Positions 27,724-35,935 of a stretch of 64,000 nucleotides of DNA are shown here, in pieces; positions within the stretch are counted from its first letter, which is position 1, and each line of letters begins with the position of its first letter. The stretch comes from Candidatus Moraniibacteriota bacterium (GTDB lineage Bacteria; Patescibacteriota; Minisyncoccia; Moranbacterales; UBA1568), in contig CAVZUR010000004.1 in NCBI GenBank assembly GCA_963778555.1, positions 180,151 through 244,150 on the forward strand. The letters are read 5' to 3'. Position numbers and translations under genes: made by a program. The notes under the pieces were generated by a model. That model had not been told where the DNA came from, ran no database searches, and was given only the letters and a program-made list of their open reading frames with translations.

Positions 27724-28959
27724 ATGTTCGACCAAAAAACTCTGCGTCAAGATTTCCCGATCTACGAGAACCAGCCGAATCTGGTCTATCTCGACTCGGC
27801 TGCAACCGCCCTCAAGCCCAAAGTCATGGTCGACGCGATGAATCGTTATTACTTCGAATATTCGGCCAATGTTGCGCGCGGACTCTACCCTTTGGCCGAG
27901 GGCGCGACAGCGGCCCTGGAGGAAGCTCGAAGGACCGTGGCCCACTTCGTCCGGACTGAAAATATGGAGTCGGTCGTCTTCACCGCTAATGCGACTCACG
28001 GCATCAACGTTGTCGCACTTGGACTGGAACACCGTATCACTGCGCAACATAACATTGTCGTCACGGCACTCGAACACCACTCAAACCTCCTCCCCTGGAA
28101 AGAACTGGCCCGACGCACCGGGGCCGAATTCCGCAGTGCCAATTTCGATGCTTCCGGACTCATTGATATCGAGCATCTTGCTTCCCTCGTTGATTCACAC
28201 ACTGCCGTCGTGGCATTTTCTGCTGTTTCCAATGTGTTCGGCGCCGTGAATCCGGTAAAAAGTATTATTGGTCTGCTCCGTAAAAGGAGTCCCGAGACGC
28301 TCATCCTCATCGATGCCTGCCAAGCCGCCGGCCATATCGCCATCGATATTCGAGATTGGGATGCTGATTTCGTCGTTTTCTCCGGGCATAAGCTCTTCGG
28401 GCCAACTGGCATCGGCGTCCTCGCAGGAAAACAGCCGTCGCTCAACATACTCGCTCCGATGAATGTCGGCGGCGGAACGGTGCTCGATGCCTGCAGTCCG
28501 GTTGCTGAATACAAGAAACTCCCGGAAAACTTGGAAGGCGGTACGCCGAATATCGCCGGAGCGATCGGTCTGGCGGCAGCCATCGAGTATGTTGATTCGC
28601 TCGGCATCGGAGCGATCCACGCTCATGAGACAGCGCTGGTTCGCTATGCAATTGAGAAACTGATCGATACGTTCGGCAAACATATCCGCATTCTCGGAAC
28701 GACCGCTACAAGCAACCGGGTTGGCATCGTTTCTTTCTCGATCGACGGACTGCACCCGCATGATCTCGCCCACCTCCTCGGCGAAGAAGCGATCTGCGTC
28801 CGGGGCGGTGAACACTGTGCCTCCCCGCTCCACCGAGCGCTCCGCCTCTCTGCCACCACCCGCCTCAGCCTCTCCATCTACAACACCACGGCTGACATTG
28901 ATCGATTCGTTTCAGCAACGAAGAAAATCCATTCCATTTTCGCGCTCTCAAGCCTATGA
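27724..28959 (+). CDS. sufS: cysteine desulfurase
   Basis: Start at MFDQKTL. 'FSGHKLFGPTGIG' PLP-lysine, 'RGGEHCA' catalytic Cys loop. Confidence 0.9.
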   Translation: MFDQKTLRQDFPIYENQPNLVYLDSAATALKPKVMVDAMNRYYFEYSANVARGLYPLAEGATAALEEARRTVAHFVRTENMESVVFTANATHGINVVALGLEHRITAQHNIVVTALEHHSNLLPWKELARRTGAEFRSANFDASGLIDIEHLASLVDSHTAVVAFSAVSNVFGAVNPVKSIIGLLRKRSPETLILIDACQAAGHIAIDIRDWDADFVVFSGHKLFGPTGIGVLAGKQPSLNILAPMNVGGGTVLDACSPVAEYKKLPENLEGGTPNIAGAIGLAAAIEYVDSLGIGAIHAHETALVRYAIEKLIDTFGKHIRILGTTATSNRVGIVSFSIDGLHPHDLAHLLGEEAICVRGGEHCASPLHRALRLSATTRLSLSIYNTTADIDRFVSATKKIHSIFALSSL

Positions 28960-29321
28960 GCCTGTATCAAGACCGGATTCTCGACCACTATCGCAACCCC
29001 CGAAATCAGGGGGCCATGGAAGGAGCCGCCTATCGGGCCGATGCCCGAAACCCCGCCTGCGGCGACTCGCTCCACATGGACATCGCTGTGAGTCATGGTA
29101 CTATTTCTGATGTGAGGTTTAACGGATCTGGCTGCGCAATCTCTCAAGCCTCGGCATCGCTCCTAACCGAGCAGGTGAAGGGAAAACGGGTGGTTGAAGC
29201 GCTGGCCTTGGAACCGCAGAGCGTGCTCGAACTCCTTGGTGTGACGCTCTCGCCCGCGCGGCTGAAATGCGGTCTCCTCTCGCTCGAAACGTTGAAGAAG
29301 GCGCTAATACATAAGCAATAA
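28956..29321 (+). CDS. sufU: SufU/IscU-like Fe-S scaffold (sulfur acceptor)
   Basis: 'YRNPRNQG', 'NPACGDSLHMDI', 'GSGCAISQASASL' with three conserved Cys. Confidence 0.8.
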   Translation: MSLYQDRILDHYRNPRNQGAMEGAAYRADARNPACGDSLHMDIAVSHGTISDVRFNGSGCAISQASASLLTEQVKGKRVVEALALEPQSVLELLGVTLSPARLKCGLLSLETLKKALIHKQ

Positions 29322-29327
29322 ACAAGT

Positions 29328-29597
29328 ATGGCCTGGAAGAATGATGAGAAACCGGCAGGACCGGTCGCACTGACCAATGGATGGACCGTCGAGGTTGACC
29401 AGAATGTCTGCATCGGCGCTGCGCCCTGCACCGCGATGGCGCCCAACACCTTCGCGCTCGACGATAACGGCAAGGCCGCCATCCTCTCGACAGCTGATAC
29501 TGATGACCAGGAAACCATATTGAATGCCGCTCGCGGCTGCCCCGTCGGCGCCATCCGCATCCGGGATGCAGCCGGTAAGCAGATTTTCCCGGAATAA
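29328..29597 (+). CDS. small ferredoxin
   Basis: 89 aa. 'CIGAAPCTAMAP...GCPVGAI' is a Cys pattern of 7Fe/[3Fe-4S]-type ferredoxins. Confidence 0.6.
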   Translation: MAWKNDEKPAGPVALTNGWTVEVDQNVCIGAAPCTAMAPNTFALDDNGKAAILSTADTDDQETILNAARGCPVGAIRIRDAAGKQIFPE

Positions 29598-29656
29598 TTC
29601 CCGCGCGAGAACGATTGGGAATCGGGCTCCTCCCTGATTCCCTTTTTCTTCCCTCT

Positions 29657-29980
29657 ATGCCGAGAACTGCCAATAATAAATTAATCGAGGCGCAGGTACG
29701 GGAGAAGCTTCATCTCGTCCTTGATCCTGAGCTCGGCATTTCCATTGTCGAGCTGGGTTTGATTTACGGCATCACGGTCGATACCGATAAGAAATGCACC
29801 ATCACCATGACACTGACCACCATGGGCTGTCCCCTCTTCGGCCAGATCCAGAAAGAGATCGAGGATCGCGTTATGGAACTCGAAAGAGTAGAGGATGTCG
29901 AAATAACGCTTACCTTTGATCCACCCTGGACAATCGAGAAAATGACGCCCGAAGCGAAAATCCAGCTCGGCCTCGACTAG
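29657..29980 (+). CDS. SufT/DUF59 (MIP18-family) Fe-S assembly protein
   Basis: 'LDPELGISIVELGLIYGI' and conserved 'TMGCPL'. Start at MPRT. Confidence 0.7.
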   Translation: MPRTANNKLIEAQVREKLHLVLDPELGISIVELGLIYGITVDTDKKCTITMTLTTMGCPLFGQIQKEIEDRVMELERVEDVEITLTFDPPWTIEKMTPEAKIQLGLD

Positions 29981-29983
29981 CTT

Positions 29984-30214
29984 CTACGGATGGCCACTCC
30001 CCACGACCTTCCAGCGATTCCCATCGGCTACGCACATTTGAGCAGTATTAGCGTGCTGGGAACATTCTTTGAGTGTAGAGTATGCTGTGCCGAATCGAAG
30101 TCGAATTGGTTGTAAGACTTGCAGTTTGATGAGCATCAGCAGAAGGAAAAGAACGACAACTGGAACACCGATGAGAAAGAGGGCCTTGAACGGATTACTT
30201 TTTCTGCTTTCCAT
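29984..30214 (-). CDS. small hypothetical membrane protein
   Basis: 76 aa with one TM (LFLIGVPVVVLFLLLMLI). Fills the gap between sufT and korB. Confidence 0.3.
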   Translation of the reverse strand: MESRKSNPFKALFLIGVPVVVLFLLLMLIKLQVLQPIRLRFGTAYSTLKECSQHANTAQMCVADGNRWKVVGSGHP

Positions 30215-30227
30215 AGTCTAGATCTGC

Positions 30228-31085
30228 CTAGCGGTAAGAATCGATAAGCTTGGCAAGTTTCGCTGAGTCTGGCTTTTTCATATACAACGGCTCGTTCCCC
30301 TCACGGACCACCGTTTCATAGCTCGGGCGGCCGGCTTCTTGGTATAAAACGCCGAGCGCCATCCGCTCCTGGTTCAAGGCGAGGGTGAGCGCCTTCACTT
30401 TATCGCTTCGGTCATGGTCAGCACCGAGATAATAGGTGTGATCCTTGAACCATTGGAAGGTATTCTGCTTGTTGAAAACGACGCAGGGCTGGAAGACATC
30501 GACGAGCGCATAGCCTTTGTGTTGTATCGCTGCCTTCACGATCTCTTTCGCCTGCGGAATATCACCGGAAAATGCCCGGGCCACAAACGTCGCACCGGCC
30601 GCGAGAGCAATGGCCATCGGATTGAACGGCTCGAGCATGACGCCGTCCACCTGCACCGGCGTCTTCATCCCTTTTTCGGTCGTCGGTGACGCCTGGCCCT
30701 TGGTCAGCCCGTAAATCATGTTGTTATGGACGATATTGGTGATATCGGGATTGCGCCGTATGGCGTGGAGGAAATGATTACCCCCCTCACCATAGGTATC
30801 TCCATCGCCACTTTCCGCAATGACGGTCAGTTTGGGATTCGCGATTTTGATGGCCGTCGCCGGCGGCAACGCCCGCCCATGCAGTCCATTGAAATAATGA
30901 ACCCGGAGATAGTGCGGCGTCTTGGCCGCCTGACCGATGCCCGAACAGATGACGACGTCGGTCGGTCGGATATCCATCTCGGCCAAGACGCCCTTCATGA
31001 TATTCAAAATCGGGAAATTCCCACATCCTGGGCACCAGGCCATATCCGTCCCATGCGGCATGTCGTAAAGCTTCTTGTCGATCAT
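30228..31085 (-). CDS. korB: 2-oxoacid:ferredoxin oxidoreductase beta (TPP-binding) subunit
   Basis: 'WCPGCGNF', 'GDGD..GEGGNH' TPP-binding motif, '[11 protein letters not shown]'. Confidence 0.85.
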   Translation of the reverse strand: MIDKKLYDMPHGTDMAWCPGCGNFPILNIMKGVLAEMDIRPTDVVICSGIGQAAKTPHYLRVHYFNGLHGRALPPATAIKIANPKLTVIAESGDGDTYGEGGNHFLHAIRRNPDITNIVHNNMIYGLTKGQASPTTEKGMKTPVQVDGVMLEPFNPMAIALAAGATFVARAFSGDIPQAKEIVKAAIQHKGYALVDVFQPCVVFNKQNTFQWFKDHTYYLGADHDRSDKVKALTLALNQERMALGVLYQEAGRPSYETVVREGNEPLYMKKPDSAKLAKLIDSYR

Positions 31086-32782
31086 AGCTTGTGAAAACGT
31101 TTGGTGAGTTCTTCAACCGAAAACGGGTTACCATCATATTTCAATATCCGTTCCGAAACGGTCATGCCGTACTCGCGCTCGAGGAGATCAGCAAATTGTC
31201 CGGCGACATTGTTTTCGACAACGACAATACTCTTTGTTTTTGGAAGTAGTTTCTTGCCCTCAAGCGATAACGGATAGACTTGGGAGAAATGCACGTGGGC
31301 GAAATACTCGTCATTCAAGACATCAAGCGCTTCTTCGACGACGCCAAAATTCGAACCCCAGGTGACGATAAGTGTCTTGGCCTTCTTCAGATGAGCAGAA
31401 GCAACTGGTGGCAGAGCGTCCGACAAGATGCCATTCGCCTTCCGCAGACGCTTGCTGTGCTGCTCGAGCCTAACGAGATGGCTCTCGGTAATATGTCCCA
31501 TCACGTCATGCTCATCAGAATCAACACCGACGAGGCCCGTACCAAACCCCGGGATGCCCCGCGGCGAAACACCATTCTTCGTCACTGCATAGCGAGCATA
31601 GCCGTCTTCCGTTGCGACCACATGCGCCTCAGTCGAAGCAGTCTTCAGGTCTTGCAGCGCGACGGTCGTAACCGAATCGAGGAAATACTGGTCCGTCAGG
31701 ACAAAAACCGGAATCTGGTACTTATCGGCGATATAAAAGGCCTGGCTCATCGCGTGATACGCCTCCTCCAGCGTTCCCGGCGCAAAGATCGCGCGCGGAA
31801 ATTCGCCATGCCCGGCATACAGTACGAGATTGAGATCGGCCTGTTCCGTCCGTGTCGGCAGGCCAGTTGCCGGACCAGGACGCTGGCCGACATGCACCAC
31901 AATCGGCGTCTCGATCATGCCTGCGAGACTCACTCCCTCGCACATCAGCGCGAAGCCACCGCCCGATGTCGTCACGACGGCCCGAGCGCCGGCATACCAA
32001 GCACCCAGTCCCTGATTGATGGCTGCAATCTCATCTTCTGCCTGATCGACTACGATGCCGAATTCTTTTTTGTGTTCAGCGAGAAAGGTCAGCAGTCCTG
32101 TCCCAGGCGACATCGGATACGAGCTGATATAATCGCAGCCCGCCGCCAGCGTGCCGAGACCGATACTTTCCATCCCATCCAGCAAGAGCTCGTCGTTTCC
32201 CTTGGTCTTGCGCGGAATAGAAATTTCGACTCCTTCCAAGTAAGCGACATGCGTACCATGGAGATAGCCTTTTTTGGCGGCTTCGATATTCTTTGCCACG
32301 ACTGCCTCGCCCTTGCGCGCAAAATGTTCTCGAAGATAGTCATGGAAGATGCTCTCCTCTGCCTTCAGGAGTCCGAGAACGACGCCGACCGCAACCGTGC
32401 TCGTATAGATCGGGTGGCCGAGCTCGTTCGCAAAGCGCGTGAACGGGATATCGACAACGCGGCATTCGTCGACGCAGACTTTTTCTTTTTCGCCGATGAC
32501 GATCGTCTCCTTGGTAATCCGATGCTTGAGATGAGGAATCACGTTCTTGTCGAGCGCGAAGAGGAAATCGATCCGATCGACATAGGCGCGCCGCTTCTTA
32601 GCGGTTAGTCGGATCTCGGTCGAATTGCTGCCGCCGCGAATCCGCGACATGTACTCCTTGGACGCGAAAACATTATAGCCTTCTCGCTTGAGGACTTGAA
32701 CCAATAGCGTCTCGACAGTCTGGACCCCCTGGCCAGCCGCCCCGCCGAGCACGATGGAAATATCACCCGAAAACCGATGCAT
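31082..32782 (-). CDS. korA: 2-oxoacid:ferredoxin oxidoreductase alpha subunit with fused gamma domain
   Basis: N-terminal '[15 protein letters not shown]' (gamma domain) followed by the alpha-subunit core 'YPMSPGT'. 4-nt overlap with korB. Confidence 0.85.
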   Translation of the reverse strand: MHRFSGDISIVLGGAAGQGVQTVETLLVQVLKREGYNVFASKEYMSRIRGGSNSTEIRLTAKKRRAYVDRIDFLFALDKNVIPHLKHRITKETIVIGEKEKVCVDECRVVDIPFTRFANELGHPIYTSTVAVGVVLGLLKAEESIFHDYLREHFARKGEAVVAKNIEAAKKGYLHGTHVAYLEGVEISIPRKTKGNDELLLDGMESIGLGTLAAGCDYISSYPMSPGTGLLTFLAEHKKEFGIVVDQAEDEIAAINQGLGAWYAGARAVVTTSGGGFALMCEGVSLAGMIETPIVVHVGQRPGPATGLPTRTEQADLNLVLYAGHGEFPRAIFAPGTLEEAYHAMSQAFYIADKYQIPVFVLTDQYFLDSVTTVALQDLKTASTEAHVVATEDGYARYAVTKNGVSPRGIPGFGTGLVGVDSDEHDVMGHITESHLVRLEQHSKRLRKANGILSDALPPVASAHLKKAKTLIVTWGSNFGVVEEALDVLNDEYFAHVHFSQVYPLSLEGKKLLPKTKSIVVVENNVAGQFADLLEREYGMTVSERILKYDGNPFSVEELTKRFHKL

Positions 32783-32833
32783 GATGAAAATATATCTTTG
32801 TTTTTCTTCTCTCAGTATAGCAGAGCCCAGCCA

Positions 32834-33037
32834 CTATACGCTTCCGTCGAGCTCTTTTTTCACGATTTCGAATTCATTCTCCACTTCTCGCAGTCGTTCC
32901 TTGCTGGATTTGATCAGCGCGACGCCCTCTTTCACTTTCTCGAGCGCTTTCTCCACGTCAATCTCCTCCTGTTCCTCGAACCAGGCCGTAATGGATTCGA
33001 GTTTTTTCAGTGCTTCACCCAAAGATTCTTTTTTCAT
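32834..33037 (-). CDS. xseB: exodeoxyribonuclease VII small subunit
   Basis: 67-aa helical protein 'LEEALKKLESI...LEKVKEGVALIK'. 4-nt overlap with xseA. Confidence 0.65.
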   Translation of the reverse strand: MKKESLGEALKKLESITAWFEEQEEIDVEKALEKVKEGVALIKSSKERLREVENEFEIVKKELDGSV

Positions 33038-34585
33038 ACGCCTACTGTTTCCGTTAATCCTGTCACTTCTGATTCTATACTGCCATGACCGAGTTGTATA
33101 TCGATCCGATCCCCGATGGCGAGATTATTCGTCGCGCGGACTACTTTCCCCTGCCTTCGAACCAGTGCATACCCCAGCTGGAGCGCCCGAATCGGATCTG
33201 ATTGGCGTAGTTGCACCTCGGCAGTTTTCAGCCGATCGCGAACACTGATGAGAGCGGCATCGGTTTTCGCCTGCCAAAAGGCCATATCAGTCTCGAATCG
33301 CGCAGCCACCCGTCGGCCATACTCAGGGAACAGCGCCACTGCCTCACGGAAAGCGGCCCGGGTTGTCCCCACTCGCTCGATAATCTCCCCTAACGCCCCC
33401 CGGAGTGTTTCTTCCGACGCGCGGACTCGCTCGCGGACCAGGGTGCGAAATTCCTGCATGACGCGGTACAGCGCCAGCTGAGTGCTTGCCGAGACTCGCG
33501 CGCGCTTCATCCCAGGATACCGAGAGATAGCGTGCCGTTGCTGTCGGTGTGGAAACCATATGATCAGCGGCCAGTGCCGCGAGCGACACATCGCGCTCAT
33601 GACCGATGCCCGCCAAAACAGGAATCTGCGACTTCACGATTTCATTCACCAGCGCCTCGGTATTGAATGCTTGCAGGCTTTCCATACTGCCGCCGCCGCG
33701 GACGATGACGAGCGCAGCGTAGTGTTCCGGCGTGGCGTTGAAGTAGCGGATTGCCTCGATGATTTCGAACACCGCTTTTTTTCCTTCGACCAGCGTCGGA
33801 TAAAAATCGACCTTGAATCCGGTCCGGGCCAAATTCATCGTAAAGTCACCAATGGCCGCACCTTCGCGTGAGGTGATGAGCGCGATCCGTTCCGGAAACT
33901 CCGGAATCGCCCGCTTGCGCTCTAGCGCGAATGCCCCCGCACCCTCGAGCTTTTTATACAGCGCATCGTACGCTTTCTTCAATTCACCCGCACCGGCGTA
34001 CTCGATTACGCCCACCTTGAGCGAAAGTCGGCCAGACGGTTTGTAGATGTCCGGCGCACCCTCCACGATAACCTCATCCCCGATAGCCAGCGTCACACCC
34101 GACACCTCATACTGGTAGCGGAAGATGAGACAGTTGATGATGCTTTCATCGTCTCCGTCTTTGAGTGTGAAATACACTACGCGTTCCCGGATATCCACAC
34201 TTGAGACTTCGCCCTTGAGCCGCGCCGCCATACCGGACAGCTCGATATTCAGGCTATCGAGGAACTGCGAGACCGTCAGCGGTTCTGCTGGACCGACTGG
34301 AGGCTCAGGACCAGGCAGAGTGACATTCGGAGCCTCTTGTGCGGTCTCATTTCCGTCGGGCACATATTGAGAAATGAGCGCGATCAACGTCTTTCCATAA
34401 CGCCGATACTTCGCTTCCTTAATACCCTTCACGGCGCACAAGGTATCTTTATCAGTGGGCAAAACACGGGCCAACTCTTCGAGAGCGGCATTGTTCAAGA
34501 CGCGATATCCCTCCGCGCTCTCCACTCGCGCCTGTTCATCGCGCCACGCTCGGAGCGCCGACAATAACTCGTAGTTCATACCCAT
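33034..34585 (-). CDS. xseA: exodeoxyribonuclease VII large subunit with N-terminal HRDC domain; frameshift at ~33515-33530
   Basis: HRDC-like 'LLSALRAWRDEQARVE..VLNNAALEELARVLPTDKDTL..GIKEAKYRRYG'. OB-fold 'IELSGMAARLKGEVSSVDIRERVVYFTLKDGDDESIINCLIFR'. Catalytic core 'LITSREGAAIGDF', 'VIVRGGGS'. C-terminal helical tail is in a different frame (33034..33560). Confidence 0.75.
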
Positions 34586-34606
34586 CAGTCTTCACTTAGT
34601 CAACTA

Positions 34607-34627
34607 CTTGGAAGTTCGACTTCCAAG
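34607..34627. repeat. REP palindrome copy a 'cttggaagttcgacttccaag' (8 nt downstream of RAYT stop)
   Basis: Perfect 21-nt palindrome, identical to copies c and d. Confidence 0.85.
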
Positions 34628-34805
34628 TTGGACGCTACTCTAAAAACATCGACTCATCAAGCAGGCTTCTGCGCTCCAAAGTCCCTTTAAGGGATTCCTC
34701 TGCGAAGACTATATATTCTTCAGGCCTTCGGAATTGACTCAGCACCGCACCTTTCTCGCATATTCCATTACCACTCTGATGAACAGAATATTCGATCCAG
34801 CTCGA

Positions 34806-34826
34806 CTTGGAGGTCGAACCTCCAAG
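34806..34826. repeat. REP palindrome copy b 'cttggaggtcgaacctccaag' (inside RAYT CDS; compensatory aa>gg/tt>cc)
   Basis: Two paired substitutions keep perfect hairpin complementarity. In-frame, encoding 'LGGSTSK'. Confidence 0.85.
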
Positions 34827-35087
34827 TCGGTGGACACGGTTGTTTAGATTGACATAGGCGCTTATGTGCAAAAGATATTCATTCGAGTCAATATGAATCG
34901 CCTTGAACTTCCCTTGAAAGAGCGCTCCCGTCCGATCATACTTATTGTTGAAGTACTTCGTATATCCCGTTCCCAAACGTTGCATGAATTTCTCAATCCC
35001 CTTTTCAGTCACCGGCTCCAAGATGAAGTGGTAGTGGTTCGGATTCAGACAATAGGCCACAATGTTCACCAACTTCTTATCAGTATC

Positions 35088-35108
35088 CTTGGAAGTTCGA
35101 CTTCCAAG
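35088..35108. repeat. REP palindrome copy c (inside RAYT CDS)
   Basis: Identical 21-mer. In-frame, encoding 'LGSRTSK'. Confidence 0.85.
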
Positions 35109-35303
35109 TTGGTTCTTGCGACGAAAAGAGTTTTCAAATAGACTGCCGATCGGCTCCAAGACATTAAATTCAACCATGCTCTCAATAAAGCGAGGGATGT
35201 CGTCTCGGTCCGAAAAGATGTCCCGTTTTTCGGTACCACGATTATACACGTGATAGAATTCCCCTTCCGCAAAGACTGTCTTTCTCATGTCTCCAGCATA
35301 CCA

Positions 35304-35324
35304 CTTGGAAGTTCGACTTCCAAG
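35304..35324. repeat. REP palindrome copy d (upstream of RAYT start; extended 27-nt palindrome 35301-35327)
   Basis: Identical 21-mer lying between the RAYT start and the end of the LamG giant gene. Confidence 0.85.
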
Positions 35325-35357
35325 TGGGGGAATGGGCTGGCTAACTATATATGGACG

Positions 35358-35881
35358 CTAGCGGCCCTGGGCGTAGAGGGCTTTGATCTCGGCGGCGGTG
35401 AGGATGCGGCTGTAGATGCGGACCTCGTCGATGGAACCATCGAAGAAATTCGTTCCAGTTTCCGAGCCAAAACTAAATTTCCTGGAGGCGTCAGAATCCG
35501 CTGGCAGCGTTGTGGGAGTCGTGAATACGCCGACATTCGAGCTGAGAGCGTTGACGTACAGGACGGGACATTGGAGAGGGATGAATTGTTGTAGGTCGCG
35601 CAGACATGACTCCAGACATTCAAGGGAACCGCGCCGCTCGGGGCATACCATTCCCCATCCGTCCCTGCGAAATTACGATAGAACGCCAGATGTATCCCTG
35701 TCGGTCCGATGGCATCGTCAAGATAGAGGTACCAGCCAGCGCCATCCACTCGTCTCTTTCGAAATGAGCGTTTTGAATGTACCGCCCGGCGCAGTTTCCG
35801 GATAGATCCAGGCACAGGCCGTGAGATCGACAATATCATCGAGGCTCGTCCCAGACCCTGCGCCCACTGATCATCCGTCAC
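35358..35881 (-). CDS. C-terminal LamG/concanavalin-like domain of the giant surface protein (internally frameshifted remnant)
   Basis: 'GEWYAPSGAVPLNVWSHVCATYNNSS' and terminal 'FDGSIDEVRIYSRILTAAEIKALYAQGR' match the repeat consensus but sit in two frames. Confidence 0.5.
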
Positions 35882-35935
35882 CGTCGAAATTCAGCCCCTG
35901 TCCGAGCTTCCCGGGGACTTTGAGCGGGCCATTGG

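Larger units (their letters stand above)
34635..35288 (-). mobile_element. REP-associated tyrosine transposase (RAYT, IS200/IS605 Y1 family)
   Basis: 'FYHVYNRG', HuH 'NPNHYHFILEP', 'YTKYFNNKYDRTGALFQGKF'. Flanked and interrupted by four 21-nt palindromes. Confidence 0.75.

Noticed and set aside
31280-32608. 442-aa plus-strand ORF
   Set aside because: It is antisense to korA, which is the real gene here.
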